A program made the translations under genes and the position numbers. A stretch of DNA of 63,944 nucleotides, the filler included, from Polymyxa betae A26-41 (lineage: Eukaryota > Protista > Endomyxa: Phytomyxea): the NCBI GenBank assembly GCA_003693705.1. It is 9 parts of 9 records of this genome, joined end to end, with 100 filler letters (N's around TTAATTAATTAA, not from the genome) between each part and the next. Parts side by side here need not be neighbours in the genome. Positions count along the whole stretch, not along the records: positions 1 to 12,724 come from RBZT01000779.1; 8 more parts are not named here. One strand, written 5' to 3'. Below the pieces are notes generated by a model that was not told the DNA's origin, did no database searches, and was given only the letters and a program-made list of their open reading frames with translations. Shown here one piece after another: positions 1 to 12,459 of this stretch (positions are counted from its first letter, which is position 1; every line of letters starts with the position of its first letter).

Positions 1-669
1 GTCTTCGGAATCTTTTACGCCTTGGTTATTACCCTTGCCGGGTTTCTTCCGGTTTCGTCCTTTACCACGCTTCTTGACATCGGCAACGAGTGCCGCTTGA
101 GGCTCGACAGGCGATCTCTGGTGCGCGCGCTTTTCTGCTTCCTGCAGGCGAGCGATGAGCTCTGCCTTGTGGAGGACGCTGCCGTTGAGTAGGCATTCGA
201 CAACGACAGAGAACCGCGGTAGATCCTGTACTGCCAATAGGACAGTTGTACAGAAGTCCATGTCGGTGATTTCGGCGCCTCCTGCCGCCTTGATCTGACG
301 GGAAAGTTCCAGCATGTGGCTGGTGAACTCTTGAGCGCTCTGCCCGTCACGCATCTTGGCCCGACGAAACTCGTGGGAGAGCAGGACAACGTTCTGGCTG
401 CTGACATTCTGGTAGGCTTTCTTGAGGGACGTCCAAGCTTGACCGGGAGTCTGTGTCTCGAAGAGAATGTCCAGCTGGTCAGGCTCTACAGCTCCCACCA
501 GGAGAGAGAAACAGATATCGGCATCCTCTCCAGGAGCGTGAGGGGTGTCCAGAAGGTGCCCCATCCGTCATCCACGTAAGAATGCTTGGAATGCGAACGA
601 GAATTTCGACCAGTTCTTTCCATTTAGTCTTGGACCTGGAAATGTGACAACCGCGTGAGCTGGGCCCAT
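1..669 (-). pseudogene. Ty1/Copia gag (UBN2-type) of a nested element; one in-frame stop; runs off the window start
   Basis: Not in the ORF track. The minus frame from ATG 669 reads MGPAHAVVTFPGPRLNGKNWSKFSFAFQAFLRG*RMGHLL...TPGQAWTSLKKAYQ...EFRRAKMRDGQSAQEFTSHMLELSRQIKAAG, i.e. the LNGxNW/Y gag N-terminus plus a UBN2-like segment. TGA at 570-568. Confidence 0.85.
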
Positions 670-673
670 AACC
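660..673 (-). promoter_or_regulatory. Primer-binding site GGTTATGGGCCCAG (initiator tRNA-Met half, copia/Hemivirus type)
   Basis: Follows the LTR end ...CTCAACA directly on the minus strand. Matches the Drosophila copia-type PBS, which is complementary to the iMet anticodon arm. Confidence 0.85.
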
Positions 674-915
674 TGTTGAGATCCCTTGGTCGTAGACTGC
701 TTGCTGCCGCTTCCAGGCTGGGTTTCCGCTGTCGTCATCGTCCGTTAACTTCGTCTTCAACAAGTTTTACGACGGTGGGGAGCGAAGGCTAGATCAACAC
801 ACGGATCGGTTGTTATTCTGTATTATTTCGTACGCCGTGGCGGCATCCGGAGGAGGCCGCCTTCGGGGGCTGGAATGTTCCGAACTAGTGGTCGGGTCGA
901 CGCCCACATTCTACA
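674..915 (-). mobile_element. 5' LTR of the minus-strand Copia element
   Basis: The 3' end CAACA abuts the PBS. The 5' end TGTAG at 915 is inferred from where the host Copia pol sequence resumes. Confidence 0.6.
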
Positions 916-2750
916 CAAACCACGACGATTACCATCCCGTCATCAATAAAACCTAGTCACCTCACACCTACTTCTGGTTTTTCCGAAGAGGTACAAGATG
1001 ACCAGGATTCCGAAAGCCAACGCAATATAGCTTCCAGGCGCTCAACGCGTAAACGGAAACTGCGCGATACAGGATTCTACGTTAATAGCAGCTTCATTAA
1101 TTCTGTTACAATAAAACGCTCTCACGGTAAAGTTCCAATACCGAGATCTGTAACGGAGGTTCTCAGAAGCCCGTATGCTGCCGAGTGGAAACAGGCTATC
1201 GACTCGGAGCTCGCATCGCACGCCGAAAATGACACATGGTCATTGGTGGATGCACCTTGATAATGATCGGCACATTATAGGATCGAGGTGGGTATTTGCT
1301 GTAAAATACAATCAAACAGACGGATCAGTTGATCGTTTTAAGGCACGTTTAGTTGCCAGAGGCGACTCCCAATTACCAGGTATAGATTAGGTTGAGACGT
1401 ATGCACCTGTGGCAGATTTCACCTCATTCCAGATGCTAATCGCATTAGCAACCCATCTTGACCTTGATCTCGAACATATAGACATCACGACAGCCAATTT
1501 ACACGGCGACATTGATACTAAGATCTACATGAAACAGCCACCCGGCTACCATGATAAGAGTCATAAAAATAAAGTCTGCAAACTGCACAAGTCGATTTTT
1601 GGACTTAAACAACCAGGTCGAATCTGGAATTCAGTAGTCCATTCATTTCTAATAAGCTGTGGCTTTTTAGCTGTAAAGCAGACCACTGTGGCTATGTATC
1701 ACATCTTAATAACAACAGGATTCTATTATTCCTAGTTTATGTTGATGATTTAATTGCAGCTAGCAATTCCAAAACTGCTTTGGAAGAGCTCAAATCCAGG
1801 ATGAAAACCCGATTTAAGGTCAAATTCCTTGGAACACTATCATGTTTCTAAGCATCGAAGTCATTCGAGACCGCAAAAACCATACCACTTGGTTAAGGCA
1901 ACGTCAATACACAGAAGAGATTCTTACCGAATTTCGTATGAATGACTGCAACCCAACAGCAACACCCGAAATTCCTAACAGACGTTTACATTCGGGAATG
2001 TTTCCGCAGACCGAACAGGATCGGATGTTTATGAGCAAAATCCCCTACCGCGCCGCGGTGGGATCTTTGATATATTTGGCCTCCAAAACACGGCCAGATA
2101 TCGCTCATGCAGTACAGAAATCTCTCAGTTTTGTTCCAATCCGGGCGAATCACACTGGGACGCTGTCAAATACATTTTCCGATACCTGCAAGGGACTAAA
2201 AACCTAGGCTTGGAATACGACGAAAGGTCTAACTTACTACACGCCTATTTCGGCGAAGGACCGACCAATGTTCCGTCATGCGCTATGTTTGCCGACTGTG
2301 ATTGGGCAGGCGACCCGACAAGCGCAAATCCGTCAGTGGTTTCGTGTTTATCTACGGAGGAGTTATTGAATACTCTTGCAAAAAGACGGTGAAGACCCCA
2401 CTGTCATCCACTAAAGCCGAATGGTACGCAGCATGCTCAGCCGCAACTGCAGGCAAAAAGCTACGACATCTACTTGCGGAAATAGGATTCCCTATGACCA
2501 CCCCACTCGTTTTCTTTGAAGATAATAAAGGATGTATAAGCTTTGGTCGGAAACAAATCTGCCATGAGGCATACTGAAACCAAATACTGGTTCCTTTGCG
2601 AAGAAATTGAAAAACACAATTTTGCTCTCAAAAGATTGCATCAGCTGACAACTTAGCTGACATCTTGACAAAAGGACTTTCCAAAGTCAAATTTACCGAT
2701 CTCAGGACCCGGCTAAATCTGAAACCAGTCCCACAGATCAGCCTCTAATG
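916..2750 (+). pseudogene. Ty1/Copia pol (reverse transcriptase + RNase H), frameshifted
   Basis: Motifs EWKQAIDSEL, IGSRWVFAVK, RFKARLVARG, IYMKQPPGY, CKLHKSIFGLKQ, LVYVDDL, TRPDIA, DCDWAGD, ADILTK across several frames with stops. Confidence 0.95.
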
Positions 2751-2895
2751 TTAAGGCATGGGTTTTTTAGTGGGTAGTAAACTACATTGAACCCCACAGT
2801 ACCACGGAATATCTTTCGTGCGTCTCCGTAAATGGATTTTTCCCAAGTCTCTTCCTTTCTCCAGTCAAGAACTCTACGAGATCTAAACTGGGGCG

Positions 2896-3098
2896 TGTTA
2901 GATAAAATTATATATTTATTCACAGATACCCGATCAATCAAGGCTATCACTTCTCGGCTTCTATCAAAGCCATCCACTCCGCGATGACGCCTAGGCCAGC
3001 TCTGGCCATCTCTTTCGTGTGTGAATAAATTGAGACCTCACTTCGTTTACATTCTTGTAATTGTGACATCAAATTCTTTCTAGCGATCTTGTTCAACA
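2896..3098 (+). mobile_element. 3' LTR of the plus-strand Copia element
   Basis: Purine tract TGGGGCG, then TGTTAG...TTCAACA with an internal AATAAA; lies just downstream of RNase H. Confidence 0.7.
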
Positions 3099-3371
3099 AA
3101 TATCATTATATTGATGTGCTTTCGAAGATTTTAGCAACACAGTCTTTTAATTTTAGTAGGATCACTGGATCAATGTATTTAACGATGCTGCTAAGGAAAC
3201 TCTGGGATGTGACTGTTACGGCGAACCTATCGGTCCTAGAGCCTATATGGCGGTTCTAGCGGACCGAGCTCGAAAGTGTATTAAGGAATCAACCTTTATT
3301 TGCATGAAGTTAGATTTTGAGCCAGACTTTTCATCTCAAAAAATAATAAAAACCGCTATTTTTTCATAATG

Positions 3372-3486
3372 TTAAGACCCTGAAACGCTGCTGAAGGCCT
3401 AAGAATAAGACCCTGAACGCTGAAGGACTCTAGCACCCTAAACCCTGAGAAAAATATTTCAGGGTCTTAATAAAAAAATTACTGTA
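3372..3486. mobile_element. End of a small TIR (MITE-like) element interrupting the Harbinger ORF
   Basis: Inverted repeat TTAAGACCCTGAAA (3372) / TTTCAGGGTCTTAA (about 3457-3470). The minus strand starts TA-CAGTAA at about 3486, a Tc1/mariner-like terminus. Confidence 0.4.
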
Positions 3487-3800
3487 GATAAACTGTCGCC
3501 CAGAAACGGAGCCGCCATGTGGTGCTTCCTGCTCATCATCGCTATCAAGTTCGCTCAAAACGACAACCAGCTGTTTTAACTCAATATCCTGCATGGGCAT
3601 GAAGCCAGACCCAAGAAACCAGTTCGTTATAATCGACATCGACGAATAAACAGCCCAGATGCAATGGACGATGTTGTATGTAGATTTTAGCTCGATCCAA
3701 GCGATGGGGACACTCAATTTGGGAGCAAGCTAAAAAACTGCGGACACGCACTTTATGAGGTTTTAGGTTTTGGGTTGGGTCTGCGCGTTGGAGATGCTCT
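3487..3800 (-). mobile_element. PIF/Harbinger transposon 5' end (TIR + transposase N-terminal remnant)
   Basis: TIR AGAGCATCTCCAA (3800-3788). Downstream peptide HGGSVSGRQFIY resembles the GGSxxGRxxIxR start of Harbinger transposases. Confidence 0.6.
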
Positions 3801-4359
3801 CATCTAGCCAATTCTAAGTTGTTTTTTACCCTTGACGCCTTCAAAGGTTACAGGCATGCCCAGTTCCCAGTGACTGGTGATTTGGATATTCGAAGTTTTA
3901 TTACTCCTGATGGGATATATACTCTAAAGCGGATATTGCAAGGTGTGGTACCCGCCACCTTAACTCGACACAGTTACTAAGGAGCCACGGAGATTTGGAA
4001 CTCGTCCCTCATTTTCATAAAAAGGCAGAATCAAAATGCATGAATCGACAGATCTCGTTAAGACAAATCGAACCATGCATTCAGAGTTTCAATTTTCAAA
4101 ATATTGACGGACTTTATTCACTATAAAGTTTCTATCATAGACAGAATTTTGAAACTTGTGGAGCGCACTTAATTATCCGGGCGGACTTTTCAGCGCTTTG
4201 TGTGGTTTTTCACCCAATGGATAGATAAAATTCTATCTGATCTTTTATTATCATAATCTTCTACGTTCCACCCAGGTTGAGGAAAGTGCTGTTGCCAGGA
4301 CGTTCTCCACCAATCGTTCAGATCACGTTCTCTACCAGTCATTGAAGGCGTAACCCATC

Positions 4360-5685
4360 TGTGTGGACTGGCGTAGCCGCTGTGTGGACAGGCGTAGCGC
4401 GACTCAACAACATGAACTATTTGGCCGATGAACTTCAGCCTCCGAGATGAATATTTAAGGGATCTACTATCTGATATATAAAGCAGAGTTCTATTTCTAC
4501 GACTAGCAAAAGGTCGGAGCTTACACAAAGATCTTTGTAGTTTGACATCCGACATGGACAAGCACTACTTTGAATGTCTTGATGCTGTTGAGAAGCAAAC
4601 CCTTGATGATCTTGCGAAGATTGATCGGGTTCGCTCTGATTGCATGGTGGTAGAGGACGCAAAATCTACAGTAAGCTTTTCGTTTAGAATGATTACTGAC
4701 TTATTGTATGAAAAAATAAAGGGGCCCCATTTGGTTTGAGACAACTCTGGAAGCGATTCAAGCGATTTTAATATCATGTGGAGAATAGAGAGCATTTGAG
4801 ATTTGATCCGTTGATATAATGGGGTTTTCTCTGAATTGGATTCTGTCAAATTGCTGTTGAAGGATCTGTTATGTGATGGATCTACGAGGAGACAAGAGAC
4901 GAGAGAGAGGGGAACACGACTGATTTTATTCGCAGGGTCGAATCCAGCATGGTCAGTGCTGGAGCTGGAACGCCGCGGCGGACTTGGAGATTAGGGACTG
5001 AGAGGTATATACGGAGTTCACGGTGAATCTAAACCCTAGAACCCTAAACCCTGAACCCAAATACATTCCAACAGGATCAATTTACAATTATTGTATTGCT
5101 CATTCTGTTGCATCCAATGATGTTATTGTATATGCTGTTCTGCTAAAACTGTAATGTTACTTTGACGATGCATTTTGACATGGCGTTCATACAATCTTGC
5201 TCATGGCCAGGGACCAGTTGTAATGTTATTTATTAACTACGCACTGGGCATTGTATGATATTGACTTTTGTTAAGATGTGCGGACATTGTGATAGAGCAT
5301 TTTGGCCAGTATATAATTTTTCTATTGAAAGACGCACTTTTATATTTTGGGCAATATCTCTTTTTACAAGGAATGACAATTGTGAGTATACCTTTTGCCT
5401 ACCTACTTCTATACCAAAGGGTTTTCGGGTGGGTTTTACCGGTGCTCCAATATCATAGCGGACCTGTTTATCTTCCATTTGCACAAGTTTCCTTTAAACT
5501 TGTCTTGGGGGAGGCAGTGTGTGGACAGGCGTAGCCGCTGTGTGGACTGGCGTAGCGCGACTCAACAACATGAACTATTTGGCCGATGAACTTCAGTCTC
5601 CGAGATGAGTATTTATGGGATCTACTATCTGATATATAAAGCAGAGTTCTATTTCTACGACTAGCAAAAGGTTGGAGCTTACACA
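4360..5685 (+). mobile_element. Complete non-autonomous LTR element (TRIM-like) with 168-bp LTRs
   Basis: Near-identical LTRs 4360-4527 and 5518-5685 (TGTGTGGAC...CTTACACA). 5-bp TSD CCATC on both sides. PPT GGGGGAGGCAG before the 3' LTR. No recognisable pol. Confidence 0.92.
4867..5073 (-). mobile_element. Solo LTR nested in the TRIM-like element
   Basis: TGTTA...CAACA (plus strand) flanked by 5-bp TSD GGATC (4862-4866, 5074-5078). AATAAA and TTTAGGG-like repeats on the minus strand. Confidence 0.88.
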
Positions 5686-5827
5686 CCATCCCATACACCC
5701 TTACAGTCACGCATACTTTTGCCTCACTGCGCAATTTTTCTCTTGTGCGTTTCTTTGCGCAATGTCCAGATTTCCACATCGTTTGATAAATATGCCTCCC
5801 CTAGAAAAGCGAGTCGTTCGATTGAGG

Positions 5828-6094
5828 GAGTGCCCGTTGCAACCATCTGTTACAGAACTGAAGGAGATATTCAACCGTCAACGTGACATGAAGAAAGGAA
5901 ATAAACACTTTAAGAAGTCTTCTTACGCTTTTGTAACGTGAATTTCGGAGTGACTGCTTGAATGGACAAAGCAAATATGACGTTTCGGTGGAAATGAAAT
6001 TTGCTAATAGACAGGTTAACTGCGTGGGCATTCTGGATAGCGGTTCAGATCTTACCATCATACCAGAGTCTTTGGTTGATAGGTTCCTGAAGTT
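5828..6094 (+). pseudogene. Fragment of the same Gypsy family (gag end/protease)
   Basis: High identity to 7247-7514. Keeps the protease motif ILDSGSD. Confidence 0.85.
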
Positions 6095-6100
6095 AGGGAT

Positions 6101-9100
6101 TGTGTAGTGCAGTAATAATTGCGAACACTTATTGCGCCCTACTGTAACTGTTATGTTACATGTTATGTTACATGAAGTCTTGGAAGGTCCCATAACGAGA
6201 ATTTGCATTCCTTTTTCTATATAAGGAGCACTAATGCCGTGGCAATAAACAGATTACTCTTTCCATATTATTTCTTATTTTGGTTGAATCTCCGATTCAA
6301 GCCACAGAATAATTATTCTAGTGCTACGAAATTTGGAGACGCAATGTCGAGTGCGACTGGTGCTCGTAACTCCCAGGATTTAATGGTGGTGGATGATCAG
6401 CCATCCATGACCACAGGTCAAAATTCATCAATTGCTGAAATCCAGCGGCAGTCACAAATGCCTTTTGGTGCCGGGTTGGCATCTACTCTATCGAGTGATA
6501 GGGTTGCGGGTGCCATGGTTCATGTGGAGGCCAATGAGGCACCAGTGCTCCGCTCCACTGATACGTATGAAATTTTGAACTGGCTGGAGAAATACCGCGC
6601 CTATATTCTCCGTGTGGAGGATGCTTGTAGAGCCAGTGTTGGCCATATCTCTGGGTCACGCAGTGTTGCGTCCATGATTGACCCTCATTATTAAAGATGA
6701 TTGCCAAGTGGCATCTAAAAATAAATATTGAACAGCTGACAGATGAAGTGCTGCTCGGCTTTTTGAAAGAGTACGTGAAGAAAGACAAGACTTCTCATTC
6801 GAGAGTCCATGTCACCTTTAAGGAAGAACTCAAAATGGATATGAACATAAAGTCATCGTTTGCTCGGTTGGACGCCCTTGTATGTTTGATGGATGACATC
6901 ACCCGACGACACAACCTGCAGGATGTGTTTAACAGTGATGCTGGCAAGAAGAATTGCGTGCGCTTCATGTTGAATGCGTTGCAACCATATCGTTTGCGAC
7001 AGCATATGCGCACGATTGTGGAGATTACGCGGCTTGAACTTCAAAATAACCCTGAGCTGTTTTTTGAAGAGGCTGGAAAGCAGATCCCCATGTTTGAAAG
7101 TCACGTGGTTATGCAGAGCCGTCCAGGCTCTCATAAACGAAAGTCTTCCGAAATGGGCCATGCGAAGGGTTCGAATTCTGCGACATAGTTTTCTAAGCAG
7201 GAAATAACCTGCTTCAAGTGCCGTCAGCCCGGGCATCGGATGTCTGAGTGCCCGTTGCAACCATCAGTTACAGAACAGAAGGAGATATTCAAACGTCAGC
7301 GTGACATGAAGAAAGGAAATAAACACATTAAGAAGTCCTCTTACGCTTTTGTAGCGCGAATTCCGGAGAGTGGCTGCTTGAATGGACAAAGCAAATATGA
7401 CGCTTCGGTGGAAGTGAAATTTGCTAATGGACAGGTAGATTGCGTGGGCATTCTAGAGAGCGGTTCAGATCTTACCATCATACCAGAGTCTTTGTTTGAT
7501 AGGTTCCTGAAGTTAATGATTGACTTAAGGATGATTCCGCTTCCAGAGCCATTGACTGTGACTTTGGCTAATAATGCCACTGCAACAATTACAAGGAAAG
7601 TTCTCCTTGATATTCCTTACAAACCAAGGCGGGGAATGTTGTTATTCCGAACCAACCGTGCTTGATCTGGAACACACCAAGAAATGAAGTTTTTCTTGGA
7701 AATGATTTATTACGGACCATTGGAATTGATCCAAAATCTGCTTTGGACAATTTCATTCTGAAACAGGATAGTCAGATAACTGAAAATCAAACCATTGATG
7801 AATTTGATATTTCAATAATACCTGAGGTTGGTATTGATTGTGATTCTGACATGGAAAATCTGCTGAAGCAGAAAGTGCGTGATTGTCTCGCAAATGGAAT
7901 GTCGGAAAGATTCAGTGAGAAACTTTTGCGACTATTACTAAGTGTAAAAAATGTATGGAGACGGAAGTTAGGTCCGGATCCGCCTGCATTAGTAACTCCG
8001 ATGAAAACAGAGTCAATTGCAGATTGTAAACCTGAGCGTTGTAAAACTCGCTTATATACAAAAGAGCAAAGTGAATTCTTGCATGAATTTACAACACAGC
8101 TCAAGCAATATGGATTTGTATATGAGAATTACAATAGCCGATGGGCAAGTCCAGTCTTAGTTGTTGCAAAACGTGGCAAACAACATGAATTTCGAATGTG
8201 TGTTGATCTGAGAGCTGTAAATGCTTTGTGTAAAGCCACAGCTTGGCCGATGCCATTCCTTGAATCTATTGTAACAAATCTAGCAGGATCTAGATATTGG
8301 TTTCTTCTGGATGCTTTTAAAGGATTCTGGATAATGCCTTTAGCAAAAGAGTGTCAGGAGATGTTTTCTTTTATGACAGATCGTGCTGTCTTCACACCAA
8401 CAAGATCTATTCAGGGAGCGCTGAATTCAGCAACACAGTTTCAGGCTCGAATGAATGAGATATTTGTCGATCTATTGTATAAATCGTTAATTACTTGGAT
8501 TGATGATCTTCTGGGTTATGCTGACACAGAAGAGCGCTGGTTTTCTGTTTTGGAGAAAACATTAATTTTAGCCAATGGTTTCAATCTAAAGCTTAATATC
8601 GATAAATGTAACTTTTACCTGAAGGAGGTTAAATTCTGTGGTAGAATTTTCCATCCACAAGGAGTCTCGCATGATCCAAAGCGCATATCTGCTTTATGTG
8701 CCATGAATATGCCTGAGAAAGCGAATGAATTACAACGATTGTTGATGGCTTCTCAATGGATGAGTCGATCCATTCCTGACTATAATAAAATTGTCTCGCC
8801 GTTGCAAGACATTTTTGAGTTGGCTATGAAGAATCAGCCAAAACGAACTAAAGCAGTCGCGCGTGGTGTGCGGTTAAAACTGTTTGGGTGGAACACTATT
8901 CACTCTTTAGCTGTAGAGAAGCTAAAGTTGGCTATTGCAATTACGGTGCAGTTATCGTATCCTGATGAGAATATAATACAATGTGTTTTTGTGATGCAAG
9001 CCAACATTCTGCTAGTGGAATGGTTACTCAAATACCACCCGAAGATCAAGATAAGCCTGTGCATGAAAAGCGACATGAACCACTTGGTTTTGTTGGCCAT

Positions 9101-11353
9101 CGGTTCAATCGTTTCAGAGCTTAATTGAGCTATCATTAATAAAGAAGCTTTTGCAATTGTAGATACATTGCGAAAATTGGCATATTTGTTACACATGCCA
9201 CGACCTTTTAAATTATACTCTGATCATCGTAATCTGATCATGATGTACAATCCGCAGGAGTGTTCCAAACAGTCGTGTGAGCGATTGATTAGATGGCGAC
9301 TTAAACATCGCTAGTTCACTTTTACGATTCACCATATAGCCGGTGAAGAAAATGTTTGGGCACGATGAGGTGCTGTTAACGAAAAAGCTCTCACCCAATT
9401 CGGTCTCAGGGCTATAACAGTTATTCCTGCAAGTCATGTCTGTAATTCCTCTCCAGTTGACGATCCCATGGTAAAATTTAGGGTTCAACCACTGGCGCCT
9501 GAAAGATTTGTCTGGCCAGACATATCGGAAATTGCGAATGAACAGAGTGCTCATATGACTAATTGTAAAATGTCTATGAATGATGATAACTTGTTCATTG
9601 ATCATCGCAAACGTGTGGTGATCCCATTAGAAAGCAGGGAGCTCTGTGTCCGTCTGTGTGTAATTGCTCATGCAGGACTGAATAGTGGCCATATTGGATA
9701 TAACGTTGCATTGAAATTACTGCAGCACTGGGTCTATTGGAAAGGAATGGAGGCTGATTTGAAAAATGCGTGTAACTCTTGTTTACATTGCCTCCCGACA
9801 AGAAGTGGATTTAGGAAGCCCCGACCCCTAGGTGAGGCTTGTCATGGGACTCGACCTAATCAAGTTATCCACTTTGATTATCTGTATATAATGTCAAGAG
9901 AAAAAGGCTCTTATCACGATTTTGAATGGGTATTCATTATGCGCGACGATTTTTCAGGCCTTCTAAAACTGACTCCAGCAGTTGTGCCTGATACAATGAC
10001 AACTGTAGATGCATTGTTAGAGTGGCGATCACTCTTTGGGACATCAGAATTATATGTATCTGATCAGGCATCTTACTTTGTCTCAGAAACCATGCAGCAG
10101 TTTGCCCGCAGATGCAACACGAAACAGCATTCGACAACGGCCTATGTCCAATACTCTAATGGCACAGTAGAGGTGATTTGTAAGCAAGTGCTTGCATTGA
10201 TCAGAGCTCTAATTTCTGAGTTACGGTGGAACAAAGAAGATTGGCCATGGTTGGTCAAACTTATTGAGCATACGCTTAATCATCGGCACCAGCGACGATT
10301 GTTGTGGAATGCACCGGTGACTGTAATGACAGGATTACCTCCTGATAATCCATAGAATGTTGTTTTCCATAATCCACGTAACGAAACTGGTACTCTGACA
10401 ACGTTGTCAGCAGAGAGGATTCAGAGTCATGTTGAACGACTCAAAGAAGTCTTGGATTCAATGCATAAATCGGTTTTGAAAGCAACTGAACTTGAACGTG
10501 AGGTTCATCGTCTTAGCGATAAACGTGTTCGACAAAGAGCAAACTTTGGTATGGGAGACTTTGTCTTAGTAAAAGTTGTGGATCGCCATCCCAACCAGAA
10601 GCTATACTTAAAATGGCGAGGGCCATACAGAATTGTTGAGCTGGTAAACGGTTATGTTTTCGAAGTGGAAAATATAATTACACAGGAGAGATAGCAGGTT
10701 CATAGTGACCGTCTCTGCTTTTATTGTGATTCAAAGTTGAATGTCACTGAAGAGCTAGAAACTCAGTTTGCATTTGATAATGCTAAATATATTTGAGATT
10801 GAAGCAATTTTGGATGTTCGCCAAAATTCTCAATCTGGAGAGTTACAGTTGCTCATTCACTGGAGAGGATTCATTGATCTTGAAAATTCATGTGAACCTA
10901 TTGATATTATCGTGACGGATGTACGGTCGATGGTTCGAAAAGGTTCTATCGTGCACATCTTCATCATCCACTTGCAGAACGTCTGCAATTGGTAATCAAG
11001 AGTGCGGGCCTGAAGGTGTAAGTGACTTGGAGCAGACCTTTTCCATAACTTGCCACTTAATGTTTTTTACTGGTGCTCGGTCCCCTTCAAAATGTGTTCA
11101 AGTCTCACTACAACCGCGCGGGACTTAGTTTCTTTGGAAACTTTCGGGAGGAGGAAGTGTGTTGTGCAGTAATGATTGCGAACACTTATTGCTCCCTACT
11201 TTAACTGTTATGTTACACGTTGTGTTACATGAAGTCTTGGAAGGTCCCATAACGAGAATTTGCATTCCTTTTTTATATAAGGAGCATTAATGCTGTGGCA
11301 ATAAACAGATTACTTTTTCCATATTATTCTTTGAATCTCCGATTCAAGCCACA
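6101..11353 (+). mobile_element. Degenerate full-length Ty3/Gypsy chromovirus-type LTR retrotransposon
   Basis: LTRs 6101-6306 and 11158-11353 (TGTG...CCACA, diverged). PPT GGGAGGAGGAAG. Domain order gag-CCHC-PR-RT-RH-IN-chromodomain. No matching TSD. Confidence 0.93.
6343..10930 (+). pseudogene. Gypsy gag-pol with C-terminal chromodomain (multiple stops and frameshifts)
   Basis: CFKCRQPGHRMSEC knuckle; ILESGSD protease; WASPVLVV, RMCVDLRAVN, LDAFKGFW, WIDDLL RT; H..H..C..C, HFDYL, SDQASYF, NGTVE integrase; KWRGPY; FEIEAILDVR...IHWRGF...NSCEP chromodomain. Confidence 0.95.
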
Positions 11354-11405
11354 GAAGACTCGTCTAGTGATGATGGCAATGACGGCGTCGGTTCTTCGCA
11401 ATGTT

Positions 11406-11848
11406 TAGGGATGGGCGCGGTTCCGGCTAACCAATCGGCTAGCCTGTTTGCCGTTCTAAACAGCCAGCCGGCTGGTCATTGTGTTGTAGCCGGCTAGCCG
11501 ACAGCGCGAAAGTTCGGTCTCGCCTGACCTCGCATCCGCTATCTCCACAGTCCGTGCGGTACGGCTCTGACGACACCCGGAAACGATTGAGTTGACGATG
11601 TGAATCTTGTGTATGACTGTTGCGATGAAGATGTGATCAATAAAGTGCTTCATGAAAGCATTGACAGTGCCTGTCTCAGTGTTTGCCCCAGCTCTGAGCC
11701 AACTTACTCTGATTTTAGGGTTTTTACCTGTCTATAGAACCCCTAACCCTGACCAGCTAATCGGCAGCTAGCCGGTTTTCTAAGCGGCTAGCCTGCTGGT
11801 TCTGATTTTCAAGCCGGCTAGCCGAAACCGGAACCGCGCACATCCCTA
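11406..11848. mobile_element. Non-autonomous hAT element (443 bp)
   Basis: TIRs TAGGGATGGGCGCGGTTCCGG / CCGGAACCGCGCACATCCCTA. 8-bp TSD GCAATGTT (11398-11405, 11849-11856). Many subterminal CGGCTAGCC motifs. Confidence 0.93.
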
Positions 11849-11979
11849 GCAATGTTCCATAGACGAAGCATTAACCGCTGTAGCGTTCTATGAATCGAAA
11901 TCACGAACGTCGCTTGGGATCTTTGACAAAATATGATTATGTCCGCTATCTGAGCTTGAGCCGCTATTTTCAGTTAATC

Positions 11980-12459
11980 AAATCTGGAAAGCAAAAAGTA
12001 GAAACCTCACTTGATGCCGCAGCATTGAGAGCAAAACTAAACTGAATAGGCAAAGGCATAGGGATGTCACGTTGAATAATCGTCGTAAGCCAAATTTTGG
12101 TTTTGGAGATTATGTTCTGGTTGCTGTAGCTCAACGGAGGACTGGGCTTAAGCTCTTTGCTACTTGGAGAGGGCTATTTAAAATTATTGACGGGTATATT
12201 TTCAAAGTTGAAAGTATTCTTAATGGAAAGATTATGGAGATTCATGGGGATAGGATTCTATTGTACTGTGACAGTAAATTGGATATCACTGAGGAAATTA
12301 GGACTCCGTTTGATTTTGACAATGCTGCATTTGAAATTGGACAGCTTCATGAGGCAGGAATCAATGAGGATACGGGAGAACTGTAGTTCTTTGTCAAATG
12401 GAAGGGCTTTTCTAATCTTGAGAATTCGTGGGAGCCAGCATCAACTATTGCTAAGGATG
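11980..12459 (+). pseudogene. Second Gypsy integrase C-terminus + chromodomain remnant
   Basis: NFGFGDYVLV...TWRG...HGDRILLYCD...FVKWKGFSNLENSWEP; paralogous to about 10540-10920. Confidence 0.85.

Noticed and set aside
15-763. ORF-track proteins at 15-407, 316-579 and 479-763
   Set aside because: Wrong frames; the real coding frame is the minus-strand Copia gag from 669.
6096-11358. TSD for the Gypsy element
   Set aside because: Flanks GGGAT and GAAGA do not match, so this may be an old or recombinant copy.
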